Shown here: positions 10,251-17,824 of the stretch, piece after piece
Layout of the letters: the number at the start of each line of letters is the position of its first letter
How positions within the stretch are numbered: the stretch's first letter is position 1
IMG/VR virus record: IMGVR_UViG_3300043411_000610
Span: 1 to 64,000 of that record
Reading direction: 5' to 3' (one strand)
Origin: a virus
Length of the DNA stretch: 64,000 nucleotides
Notes under the pieces: model-generated
Databases searched by the model: none
What the model was told of the DNA's origin: nothing
The model's input: the letters and a program-made list of their open reading frames with translations, nothing else
Position numbers and translations under genes: made by a program

Positions 10251-10862
10251 TCAAACCAATTCCTCCCGAACCCGCATCAGTGCTCGGCCAAGCAAATTTT
10301 GTCCCCTCCATTTATCTATATCACCTGCATCTGGATGATTATCACCTAGACCAATCCCCCATATAGAATCGACCGGAGATGCTTCTGCTAAAATATATTG
10401 TCCGGTTTTAACCAATAGTTCTTTAAGTTTAGGATTTTGTGCAAATTTTTGTTTATTGATCATCGTCACCAACCCAAGTTTTACTTTATCCCAGTGGGCC
10501 TGATCATAGTTTTTAACCTGTCTTCCAAGGTCTTTCGCATCTTTTGGATGGACAGTGTTTAAAATCTGATTAGCAGTATTCCAATCACGGAATATAATAG
10601 CCTTACCAAACATCATTGCATGTTCAGCAGTTGTAAACGTATGTTGATAACCGTCCCAAAAATCATCGGTAAATTCAACATCAAATTCGGTAAGAAATTC
10701 GTCATAATCTGTCCAATGTCGGAAGAACGGATTCCACTCACTGATATCAATTTTAAACGGGGCGGTTAATCCATCAGATAATGCACCGTGCCATTGACTG
10801 AATTCTTTTTTATAAAAAAGAACGATGTTGTTTACTACAGGATAGGTATTATATGTTTTCAT
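10251..10862 (-). CDS. NADAR (YbiA-like) family protein
   Basis: FSQW, TAEHAMM..KA..F-x-D, K-x-LGRQV, KF-x-QN, EASP-x-D-x-IWGIG, GQNLLG..LM-x-VR. Confidence 0.92.
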   Translation of the reverse strand: MKTYNTYPVVNNIVLFYKKEFSQWHGALSDGLTAPFKIDISEWNPFFRHWTDYDEFLTEFDVEFTDDFWDGYQHTFTTAEHAMMFGKAIIFRDWNTANQILNTVHPKDAKDLGRQVKNYDQAHWDKVKLGLVTMINKQKFAQNPKLKELLVKTGQYILAEASPVDSIWGIGLGDNHPDAGDIDKWRGQNLLGRALMRVREELV

Positions 10863-11296
10863 CAGATTGTTATTGTTTTTGGGAAATATATTTGTTTGTT
10901 CAAAGTTTTGGCATAGTTACAAACAGTAAAATGCCAGTGCCAGGGTTTTGAAACACCTAGATCATCTGCAATGTAGTCTAGCACGGAACACTGGCAACGC
11001 AACATAAAAATTCGATAATTTTTAGTCTGACCGCCCACATGAATAAAAGGTGAATAGTTTATTGAGATTTTTGTGCCGTGCCACTGATCAAGCAAATTAT
11101 GATCAACCTGTCCATGTATTTTTTCATTAACTATCGTCAGATGCGCTGAATGCATTGGTGTATTACACTCAATCCAAAGTTCTCTTTGAATTAACCATTT
11201 ATAATATTCAATAAAATCGTGTGAAGTATGGACACGTAGGTTATATCCATCACGTTTGATAATGCCATGTATTTCTAAGTTAAAGTTTTCGCCCAT
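10862..11296 (-). CDS. 2H phosphoesterase-like protein
   Basis: Two H-x-T motifs (AHLTIV, WHFTV) about 70 aa apart. Confidence 0.65.
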   Translation of the reverse strand: MGENFNLEIHGIIKRDGYNLRVHTSHDFIEYYKWLIQRELWIECNTPMHSAHLTIVNEKIHGQVDHNLLDQWHGTKISINYSPFIHVGGQTKNYRIFMLRCQCSVLDYIADDLGVSKPWHWHFTVCNYAKTLNKQIYFPKTITI

Positions 11297-12024
11297 GTCA
11301 AATATATTTTGTCCAAATCAGTTCCATAAAATGAACTGCTTTCAAACGAATTGATTTCTAATAAAAATAGTTTACCACCAGACTCACATATGTCAATAAC
11401 GAAATTTGGTTCGTTAATAAAATACTCGGAATCCGCAATTTTAGATGCTAATTTTTGAACACCTGATGGACAACCGGGTTCGACCTCAACAAAGTCATTA
11501 CCTTTCATATACAGACAACCATCAACAAAGGTTTGATTAATGAAAACAGTTCGCCATTCCCTATCAATTTTTTTGATTGGAGCACTGACGCACATTAGAT
11601 CGTTTGAAAAATTGAGATTTTTTGTCAAATAATTATATTCTTGTATAAATTTTTCTTTTGTCAAAAATACTTGGCCTGCAAAAGATTTATATGGATCTGC
11701 CGGACGTAGATAAAGCGGATAATCATATTCCGAATAATAGTGTGCATAATAACCTAGATCGTTGAAAACCGTATGTCCGGGGGACAAAATATATTTTCTA
11801 AAAATAGGTATCCAAGACTTACAATCTGCAAAATTGTAGTTAAATTTAAATCTTTTTGCAAAGTTTAATGATCCTCTGAAATTTATTGGAGGTCTAGGAA
11901 TATCAATATAATTATTTTTGTCCAATATAATAGTATCAAAGTGATTTTGAATTGTGGACAAATATGTGGGATTATTTTCTTCTTCCCAAAATAAATCTAG
12001 TTGTATATGTAATTTAGGTTTCAT
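11275..12024 (-). CDS. ATP-grasp domain protein (DUF4343/R2K-like)
   Basis: YLRP..K-x-F-x-GQV, REWR..F, FVIDI, LEINSF..S-x-FY. Confidence 0.75.
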   Translation of the reverse strand: MKPKLHIQLDLFWEEENNPTYLSTIQNHFDTIILDKNNYIDIPRPPINFRGSLNFAKRFKFNYNFADCKSWIPIFRKYILSPGHTVFNDLGYYAHYYSEYDYPLYLRPADPYKSFAGQVFLTKEKFIQEYNYLTKNLNFSNDLMCVSAPIKKIDREWRTVFINQTFVDGCLYMKGNDFVEVEPGCPSGVQKLASKIADSEYFINEPNFVIDICESGGKLFLLEINSFESSSFYGTDLDKIYLTWAKTLT

Positions 12025-12080
12025 CCAATAAATTTACACTATTTTACTTGCACTGTCAACTAAAGATGCGATATTCTTGA

Positions 12081-12320
12081 ATGTTAGAATTTATTACATC
12101 AACCCCATTTATTGTCATCTATATATGTTATTCTGTTGTTGGATGGCTGTATCTGTCGAAATACTTTGCTGAATGTCTGGCGGTCAAAGCCCCAACATTT
12201 GGTAATTCATTGACTGCCATGATAGGAATGGCACTATTATGCGGCGGCATTACGACCATGATATTGATCTATACTTTTATCAAAGCACTGGTCATCACCA
12301 TCAAATCGGCTAAAAATTAG
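12081..12320 (+). CDS. Small membrane protein
   Basis: Two hydrophobic segments. Confidence 0.6.
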   Translation: MLEFITSTPFIVIYICYSVVGWLYLSKYFAECLAVKAPTFGNSLTAMIGMALLCGGITTMILIYTFIKALVITIKSAKN

Positions 12321-12694
12321 AAATCGAAGGTGTCGTTACTGAAGAAATTATTCTGAATTTCATATTCATATGCAATAGCTTTACCACTACCAATAGTGAT
12401 ACTGGTTAGCGGTGCATACCATGTATATAGTGCAGGGAATGTCGTGCTGGCGAATGATGCATTATCTGCAACATAAGTAGGATTACCTTCTGAATTAGTA
12501 GTTCTGAATGCAACGGTAGAAACTATAGTGCTGGCAATGAAATCTACTTTATAAAATGCATAGGCCGATGAGGTTGGCACAAATGTTCCAGCACCTGAAA
12601 GCATTATTTGGCCATGTCCACCAGTTTGAAGTTCAAATCCAAAAGTTTGGCGACGTTCATTATAATATGTGGCTTTGCTCGGTTGTAATTGCAT
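12317..12694 (-). CDS. Hypothetical protein (late-type TAAATA upstream)
   Basis: Clean ORF, beta-rich composition. Confidence 0.65.
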   Translation of the reverse strand: MQLQPSKATYYNERRQTFGFELQTGGHGQIMLSGAGTFVPTSSAYAFYKVDFIASTIVSTVAFRTTNSEGNPTYVADNASFASTTFPALYTWYAPLTSITIGSGKAIAYEYEIQNNFFSNDTFDF

Positions 12695-12754
12695 ATGTTT
12701 TATTTATCAAAAAGAACTTGACACGGATAAGGGCAATGTGCTATTGTTCGTCCT

Positions 12755-13123
12755 ATGAAAAAGAAGTCAAAAACAAATAGTATGTATAAACTGCCTGCAA
12801 ATATTAAAACCAAGTGGCTGGCTGCACTACGATCAGGCAAATATGCACAGGCTGATGGGCGTCTGGTGAGAAGGAACCTTTGTGATGAACCGTCATATTG
12901 TTGCCTTGGAGTCTTAGGTAAAGTGTGTGGCATTTCAGACGATTCAATGCTAGGTCTAGGTTTTTTGGATGAGATTACGGTAGAAAATAAGTTGCCTAAA
13001 TTTGCGGTCCAACCTATTCGTGATGAAGACGATAATCAGACTATCATCGAGAAATTGGCTGATATGAATGATAATGGAAGATCGTTCAAGCAGATTGCCG
13101 CATATATTGATCGTTATCTTTAA
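12755..13123 (+). CDS. Conserved phage hypothetical protein
   Basis: KWLAALRSGKY-x-Q..CCLGVL..LADMND-x-G-x-SF..IA pattern; promoter at 12718-12747. Confidence 0.75.
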   Translation: MKKKSKTNSMYKLPANIKTKWLAALRSGKYAQADGRLVRRNLCDEPSYCCLGVLGKVCGISDDSMLGLGFLDEITVENKLPKFAVQPIRDEDDNQTIIEKLADMNDNGRSFKQIAAYIDRYL

Positions 13124-13126
13124 CAC

Positions 13127-13345
13127 ATGTTAAACGATATATTACAAGAATTACAATCTACTTGGGACTTGACTGATTACGAAATTAGTCATATCAAAGA
13201 TAAAATAATTGAATATGCATTTGCATGTAAGACTGATCCGGTGCTTGCTGAAGAATTAGATATTCTTTCAAAAGAAATTCCGACAAACATAATTTACCAT
13301 TACTTTGGTGGGCAGCCGTTTAATCATCCCGATGATGTTGCATAA
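13127..13345 (+). CDS. Hypothetical protein
   Basis: ORF tiled in plus-strand run. Confidence 0.6.
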   Translation: MLNDILQELQSTWDLTDYEISHIKDKIIEYAFACKTDPVLAEELDILSKEIPTNIIYHYFGGQPFNHPDDVA

Positions 13346-13522
13346 TTTTGTCATAAACTAATATGGAAATAACTAATATACTAGGTCCAAGGTATCAATT
13401 TTCTGCCGATTTTTATATTAAAAATTTACCTAAATTGATCGGTGGTGAATTTACGAAATTTTCGATCAAGTCAAAAGCATTGTATGCACAATATTCAAAT
13501 GGTCAGAAAGAATATATAGGGC

Positions 13523-14374
13523 ATGTTATATAAAATTGAATTACTATACAAGTGTAAAGAAGATTCTGACGGATGCGGTCATATGTGGAACACCACACAA
13601 TGGACTAACCATCGCGAAAAGGAATGTGTGGGTGGTAGGCCATGGTTATATACTGCTAACTGTAGTAGATGTCAGACGGAATGCTCATATCTTGAATATG
13701 ATATTACTGAATTTAACCAGAAATCATTTGGGCTAATGTGTGCAGTTCCTAGGTGCATCAATAGATACAGTGATATTGCACATGTTTATACCGAACATTG
13801 GAATCAGATTTTTACACACGGGTCTATGTCAAAATCAACAAATCATGACGGTCTCAAAATTATTGGTAATAGACATGTTATTAATGGGGATGTATTAGGG
13901 TCATATCAAAAAAATAAGGAAACAGTTAGGCTGAACACTAGCATAATAGCAAAAAAACTGGTCAACGATTATATAGATGAATGTTGGCTATCAATCGAAC
14001 CACAATTTAGTATCAGAGAAGTATTGTTACATGAACTCAAACATTGGTTTGATCACCAAACCGGGTATTTGGATAGTAATAATGTTAATAGTATGTCTGA
14101 TTATAAAGGATATGTAAATTCTAAGAATGAATTATCAGCCAATATTTTTACTACGGTCGATATTTTATATAGCTGTTTAGGCAAATCTGTCCGGGAATTG
14201 TCTGCATATAGAGAAATGGTAAATCGACTTTCTGTTTCATTTAAACGGATAACTGCTATTGAGAATTATAGCAATTATATATCTAGTCTTCGAAATTGTT
14301 GGCGAAAGACTGTCGGAACAAATATAAAATTTCCAATTAAAATATTTCAATTTTTATCAGGTCAAATTACATAA
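13523..14374 (+). CDS. Putative zinc metallopeptidase-like protein with Cys-rich N-terminus
   Basis: HExxH (LLHELKHW) followed by Y..S-x-NE-x-x-A. Confidence 0.55.
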   Translation: MLYKIELLYKCKEDSDGCGHMWNTTQWTNHREKECVGGRPWLYTANCSRCQTECSYLEYDITEFNQKSFGLMCAVPRCINRYSDIAHVYTEHWNQIFTHGSMSKSTNHDGLKIIGNRHVINGDVLGSYQKNKETVRLNTSIIAKKLVNDYIDECWLSIEPQFSIREVLLHELKHWFDHQTGYLDSNNVNSMSDYKGYVNSKNELSANIFTTVDILYSCLGKSVRELSAYREMVNRLSVSFKRITAIENYSNYISSLRNCWRKTVGTNIKFPIKIFQFLSGQIT

Positions 14375-14392
14375 ACATTTTTCAAAAAGTTC

Positions 14393-14421
14393 TTGACATG
14401 CACAATCTGATGAAGTAAACT
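14393..14421 (+). promoter_or_regulatory. Sigma70-like promoter heading the tRNA operon
   Basis: TTGACA-17 nt-TAAACT; a TAAATA motif follows at 14443. Confidence 0.75.
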
Positions 14422-14457
14422 AGAAAAGTAAAACAAATTTAATAAATAGAAAAACAG

Positions 14458-14568
14458 ATGAGACGGAAACATACATATATTAATTGCCTCTGGCAACAAT
14501 CACCGAGTAATTTGGTGATGCCAAAAGGCACGAAGTATAGTTCCGAGAGATTTGGAAAAGATACTTAA
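14458..14568 (+). CDS. Putative 36-aa leader peptide of the tRNA operon
   Basis: MRRKHTYINCLWQQSPSNLVMPKGTKYSSERFGKDT*; overlaps long hairpin TGCCT..ATCACCGAG-TAA-TTTGGTGAT..AGGCA. Confidence 0.5.
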   Translation: MRRKHTYINCLWQQSPSNLVMPKGTKYSSERFGKDT

Positions 14569-14610
14569 AATCCGGTGAAATGATAAATCCGGAGTAAATT
14601 TAAAAAGTTT

Positions 14611-14773
14611 AACTACCGGGTGTTTCAAGGTTTCCCAAAATACGAAAAACTGAAAGAATGGTTATCACTGTCAAAAGGTGAAATGTCAGCAAACACGGAA
14701 ACTCACGGGAAATGGGTGTTTGTATGAAAAGGCCGCTATCGGAAACGATAAGAAGTGAGATAGTATAGTAGTT
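14611..14773 (+). ncRNA. Unassigned structured RNA (~165 nt)
   Basis: Closing stem AACTAC/GTAGTT, GCAAACAC/GTGTTTGT stem, TATCG-GAAA-CGATA tetraloop hairpin, GTTTCC/GGAAAC cross-pairing. Confidence 0.55.
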
Positions 14774-14780
14774 CTTTAAT

Positions 14781-14856
14781 CCGCATGTGTCTGAATAGGT
14801 ATAGAGACGACCCGATAAGTCGTAATAAAAAGGTGCAAGTCCTTTCGTGCGGACCA
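14781..14856 (+). tRNA. tRNA-Ile(GAT)
   Basis: CCGCATG/CGTGCGG acceptor, ACGAC-CCGATAA-GTCGT anticodon arm (C at 33), CCA end. Confidence 0.85.
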
Positions 14857-14865
14857 ATTTTTAAT

Positions 14866-14957
14866 GGGTATGAGGCGTAGCGGGAGTATGTGACGCAGGT
14901 GACTGTAAATCATCAACATAAGAACCATAGCAGATTCGAATTCTGCCATACCCACCA
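14866..14957 (+). tRNA. tRNA-Tyr(GTA)
   Basis: GGGTATG/CATACCC, GGTGA-CTGTAAA-TCATC, TTCGAAT T loop, CCA. Confidence 0.92.
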
Positions 14958-14963
14958 ATTTTT

Positions 14964-15089
14964 GAAAACGTAGTATAAATGTAAAATACGTAGCATAGTA
15001 AGCACACGGGTCCACCGAACGGACTATGTATCCAGTCTCCAGTAGAAATGCTGTAAGCCCGTATGGAGGTTAAAATCCTCTCGTTAGTA
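14964..15089 (+). ncRNA. tRNA-like RNA with ~50-nt structured insert replacing the anticodon loop
   Basis: AACG/CGTT short acceptor, D arm GTAT/ATAC, stem TAGCAT/ATGCTG enclosing insert, T arm GGAGG-TTAAAAT-CCTCT. Confidence 0.6.
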
Positions 15090-15105
15090 AAAAAGAAGAA
15101 AGTAG

Positions 15106-15134
15106 TTGACAAGTAGAAGAAGATAAAGTAATAT
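15106..15134 (+). promoter_or_regulatory. Internal sigma70-like promoter
   Basis: TTGACA-17 nt-TAATAT. Confidence 0.7.
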
Positions 15135-15140
15135 AGAAGT

Positions 15141-15233
15141 GCATTAGAACGAGATGTTATCATATGGTCGATATATGATGTTCTGAAACTTGCCACATAT
15201 GGTGGCTTGAGCAGGTTTAAATCCTGCCAATGT
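15141..15233 (+). ncRNA. tRNA-like RNA retaining T arm but with non-canonical 5' domain
   Basis: GCATT/AATGT closure, AGAAC/GTTCT plus ATCATAT/ATATGAT arm, GCCAC/GTGGC hairpin, GCAGG-TTTAAAT-CCTGC. Confidence 0.5.
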
Positions 15234-15249
15234 AGATAGACCTAGAAAA

Positions 15250-15320
15250 TCCCAGGTAGCACAATTAGGAGAGCATGTTACTCGACAGGTTGAGGGGGGC
15301 AGGACCATCCTTGGGAGCCA
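15250..15320 (+). pseudogene. tRNA-Asn-like gene with 5' half of anticodon stem missing
   Basis: TCCCAGG/CTTGGGA-G-CCA acceptor, D arm, residual TGTTA..CGACAGGTT. Confidence 0.6.
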
Positions 15321-15330
15321 AATTTTAAAT

Positions 15331-15416
15331 GCAAGTGTGGGTCAACTGGTTTGGACCAACGGACTTTTAATCCGTGGAGAAATCTTATGTGGGTTCGAGT
15401 CCCACCACTTGCACCA
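15331..15416 (+). tRNA. tRNA-Lys(TTT) with long variable region
   Basis: GCAAGTG/CACTTGC, ACGGA-CTTTTAA-TCCGT, 13-nt variable region, TTCGAGT, CCA. Confidence 0.88.
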
Positions 15417-15458
15417 AAATTTCTTGTAATAAGATTCGTGCAACACTAAATAAGTTGT

Positions 15459-16484
15459 ATGGCCAAGTGTGAAAATTGTAATGTTGACTTGATAAAAAAT
15501 GAAAAGGGTAAACCTAAGAGGTTTTGTTGTAAAACCTGTAAAGGCAAATATTACCGAGAGTATGGAAGAAAACTTCTAAATTCTGAAGAAATTGATGAAA
15601 TACAGAGATTATATGATACGGGGCTAAGTTTATCACAGATATCCAAAATATCCAAGTATTCAAAAATGTTGTTGTGGAGCCTATCATCTGCAAAGGTTAT
15701 AAAAATAAGAAACCGTGCAGAAGCATCCCGAATATCTAGCACAGGTAAAAAGTTATCACAAGAATCTAAGGATAAAATATCAAAAGCTCGTAAAAAATTC
15801 TTAGAAGAAAATCCAGATAAAGTTCCATATAAATTGAACCATAAATATTTAAAACAATCATTTCCAGAAAAGTATTTTGTTGATTGTTTTGGTGGAAAAT
15901 TTAAACCACAATACCAATTTGGTTCGTATACATTAGATTTTGCGGATATAGAAAATAGACTAGACATTGAAATAGATGGGTGTCAGCATCACTTAGATCC
16001 AAAAATCGTAGAGCACGATATAAAAAGAAATCAATTTTTGAATGAAAATGGGTGGAAGGTATTAAGAATACGGTGGAGCGAATTTAAAAAATCTCAAAAA
16101 GATGAGCAGAAAGAAATAGTAAATACTATTCTTCAAGATAGAATCCCAATTCACCCAGCAATCACCTTTTATCCACATGATTCTTCCATTTCAGATGAAG
16201 CATTCCAACATATTGTGTATAAAAAAGAAAATAAAGTGTGTGATAAATGTGGATTGGTGAACAATAGCAAATATTCAAGTTTTTGTGAAAACTGTATATA
16301 CCAAAACAGGATAAAAATCAAGTGGCCTACAGTCGAGGAAATGACTGAACTTGTTTGGAAAACACCAACAACACAAATAGCAAAAGATATGGGCATATCA
16401 GATAATGCGATAACTAAATTTTGTAGAAAAAATAAAATTGCAAAGCCAGGATGTGGATATTGGCAAAAAATGATTACGAAATAA
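15459..16484 (+). CDS. Putative homing endonuclease (DUF559/Vsr-like nuclease with zinc-finger, NUMOD3-like and HTH segments)
   Basis: YTLDFAD..LDIEIDG..H..DIKRNQFL...GW-x-VLRI-x-W; CxxC pairs; KLSQESKDKISK. Confidence 0.85.
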   Translation: MAKCENCNVDLIKNEKGKPKRFCCKTCKGKYYREYGRKLLNSEEIDEIQRLYDTGLSLSQISKISKYSKMLLWSLSSAKVIKIRNRAEASRISSTGKKLSQESKDKISKARKKFLEENPDKVPYKLNHKYLKQSFPEKYFVDCFGGKFKPQYQFGSYTLDFADIENRLDIEIDGCQHHLDPKIVEHDIKRNQFLNENGWKVLRIRWSEFKKSQKDEQKEIVNTILQDRIPIHPAITFYPHDSSISDEAFQHIVYKKENKVCDKCGLVNNSKYSSFCENCIYQNRIKIKWPTVEEMTELVWKTPTTQIAKDMGISDNAITKFCRKNKIAKPGCGYWQKMITK

Positions 16485-16640
16485 TTTCATAAGTTTTATT
16501 ACAGATTGTAGCTCCATAATAAAACTTCAAGTAATAATGTTACTATTTGACAATCACTACAAATGATGTTAAGGTTAGGATATTAAAGTCGTGAGAGTCG
16601 ATGGCTTCGATGCAAGCTCGGAGAAATAGAATTTTTAAAT

Positions 16641-16728
16641 TGCAGGATAGTGTAATAGTTAACATATCTGGCTCATAACCAGAAGACGGAAATCGTTTAT
16701 GGTGGTGCAAATCCATCTCCTGCTTCCA
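16641..16728 (+). tRNA. tRNA-Met(CAT), initiator-like 1:72 mismatch, with long variable arm
   Basis: TGCAGGA/TCCTGCT, TCTGG-CTCATAA-CCAGA, AGACG-GAAAT-CGTTT extra arm, CCA. Confidence 0.85.
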
Positions 16729-16737
16729 TTTTCAAAA

Positions 16738-16809
16738 GCCTCTAGGTAGGAGAAGTCTCCTAATTAGTTTCATATGCTAATAATAAACGAGCATTACGTT
16801 TTAGAGGCA
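16738..16809 (+). tRNA. Atypical tRNA (CAT; Met or Ile2) with 6-bp D stem and 4-nt D loop
   Basis: GCCTCTA/TAGAGGC, TAGGAG-AAGT-CTCCTA, TTAGT-TTCATAT-GCTAA, AAACG-AGCATTA-CGTTT. Confidence 0.65.
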
Positions 16810-16818
16810 CAATTTTAA

Positions 16819-16890
16819 CGGGATGTGGCAGACAAGGAATGCACTTCGTTTGGGGCGAAGCACATGCTGGAGCATTACCAGTCATCCCGA
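16819..16890 (+). tRNA. tRNA-Pro(TGG)
   Basis: CGGGATG/CATCCCG, CTTCG-TTTGGGG-CGAAG. Confidence 0.9.
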
Positions 16891-16904
16891 AATTTTGTAA
16901 AATG

Positions 16905-16943
16905 TTAGTGGTCCGCAGGATAACCACTAGAGAAAACACCTGC
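16905..16943 (+). ncRNA. Small H-type pseudoknot between tRNAs
   Basis: Stem TAGTGGT/ACCACTA; loop GCAGG pairs with downstream CCTGC across A-rich linker. Confidence 0.55.
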
Positions 16944-16956
16944 CCAAATTTTTAAT

Positions 16957-17030
16957 GCCCCTATAGTTAATGAATATAACTACGTCCTTTCACGACGTAA
17001 TACCGAGTGTGAGCCTCGGTAGGGGTGCCA
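16957..17030 (+). tRNA. tRNA-Glu(TTC)
   Basis: GCCCCTA/TAGGGGT, ACGTC-CTTTCAC-GACGT, CCA. Confidence 0.9.
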
Positions 17031-17040
17031 ATTTCAAAAT

Positions 17041-17156
17041 AACGTGATAGTTTAATTAGACCGTAAAATCGGTAATAACATAGAGTGCGCAATCGAAAGT
17101 TATTAGAACGCCGTCGTCCAGATGGAAATATGGTGCAAATCCAATAAACGTTGCCA
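17041..17156 (+). ncRNA. tRNA-like RNA with two extra hairpins inserted in the D loop and a 5-nt anticodon loop
   Basis: AACGT/ACGTT-G-CCA, D stem GTTT/GAAC enclosing ACCG/CGGT and AATAAC/GTTATT, CCGTC-GTCCA-GATGG, TGG-TGCAAAT-CCA. Confidence 0.6.
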
Positions 17157-17165
17157 TTTTTAAAA

Positions 17166-17274
17166 CCTCAAATAGCCTATATTGTTTAAGGCATAATACC
17201 AGACGTGGTAGAGTATTTGATGTGACTTTAAAGCACTAATAATATGCAGGTTAAATTCCTGACTTTGGGGACCG
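17166..17274 (+). ncRNA. tRNA-like RNA with anticodon arm replaced by two non-canonical hairpins
   Basis: CCTCAAA/TTTGGGG acceptor, GCCT/AGGC D arm, TACCA-GACG-TGGTA, long extra arm, CAGG-TTAAATT-CCTG. Confidence 0.6.
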
Positions 17275-17283
17275 ATTTTTAAT

Positions 17284-17361
17284 GGATCATAAGCTCAAGT
17301 AGATAGGCGTCTGTCTTCCAAACAGAAAATATAGTCACTGCAAATGTGACATGATCCTCCA
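17284..17361 (+). tRNA. tRNA-Gly(TCC)
   Basis: GGATCAT/ATGATCC-T-CCA, TCTGT-CTTCCAA-ACAGA. Confidence 0.88.
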
Positions 17362-17371
17362 ATTTTTAATT

Positions 17372-17536
17372 TGATGTTATAACGGTTTAATCCGTGAGAA
17401 AATGATGGACTAAAGAGGCTCTAATCCCGACAGTAGTGAGAGTTGTTAACGACATCAACTCGTCCACCTGAACAAAAGTTCGTAACATCACTGGCTACAT
17501 GAATTGACATGTGAAAGGGGAATAAAGTAGTCCCCT
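17372..17536 (+). ncRNA. Unassigned structured RNA (~165 nt)
   Basis: TGATGTTAT-AAC/GTT-C-GTAACATCA, TGGAC/GTCCA, GAGTTG/CAACTC, ACATG/CATGT and AGGGGA/TCCCCT stems. Confidence 0.6.
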
Positions 17537-17581
17537 CAATTTTTAATTTGACAAACAACAATACATAGTATAACATACCAC

Positions 17582-17824
17582 ATGAACGCAATAAAAATAA
17601 CAGACTTCGTAAATAAAGACAATCTATGCCATTTTCAATTTTATAGAAAAGGATTGATGTATTATTCTGTAAAGAAGATTCAATCCATTGATCACTATAT
17701 TTTTCCGGTAGAAATTTCGGATTTGGCAGATGCAACGATCAACAATAGTGAGAAAAGTTTGATGATGATGCTATATATTCGCAAGGCAATTGAAGATAAT
17801 ACACTGACTAAATTTGATGAATAA
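17582..17824 (+). CDS. Conserved phage hypothetical protein
   Basis: ORF behind TTGACA promoter at 17548. Confidence 0.7.
   Translation: MNAIKITDFVNKDNLCHFQFYRKGLMYYSVKKIQSIDHYIFPVEISDLADATINNSEKSLMMMLYIRKAIEDNTLTKFDE

Noticed and set aside
14995-15045. c-di-GMP-I riboswitch or twister ribozyme resemblance (CACGGGTC..GACTATG, TAAGCCC)
   Set aside because: The GNRA-capped P2 and the compact twister core are absent; kept only as a tRNA-like RNA with insert.
14609-15196. Minus-strand ORFs over the tRNA region (also 17421..17735)
   Set aside because: Antisense to tRNAs/ncRNAs with no protein motifs.
16586-16630. Possible extra tRNA after the promoter near 16547 (TTCGA-TGCAAGC-TCGGA T-arm-like hairpin)
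   Set aside because: No acceptor stem or anticodon arm could be folded; too degenerate to call.
16738-16809. tRNA-Sec/UGA suppressor reading (TTTCATA, 6-bp D stem)
   Set aside because: A centred 7-nt loop gives CAT; the fold is 7/5 and lacks the long variable arm needed for Sec.
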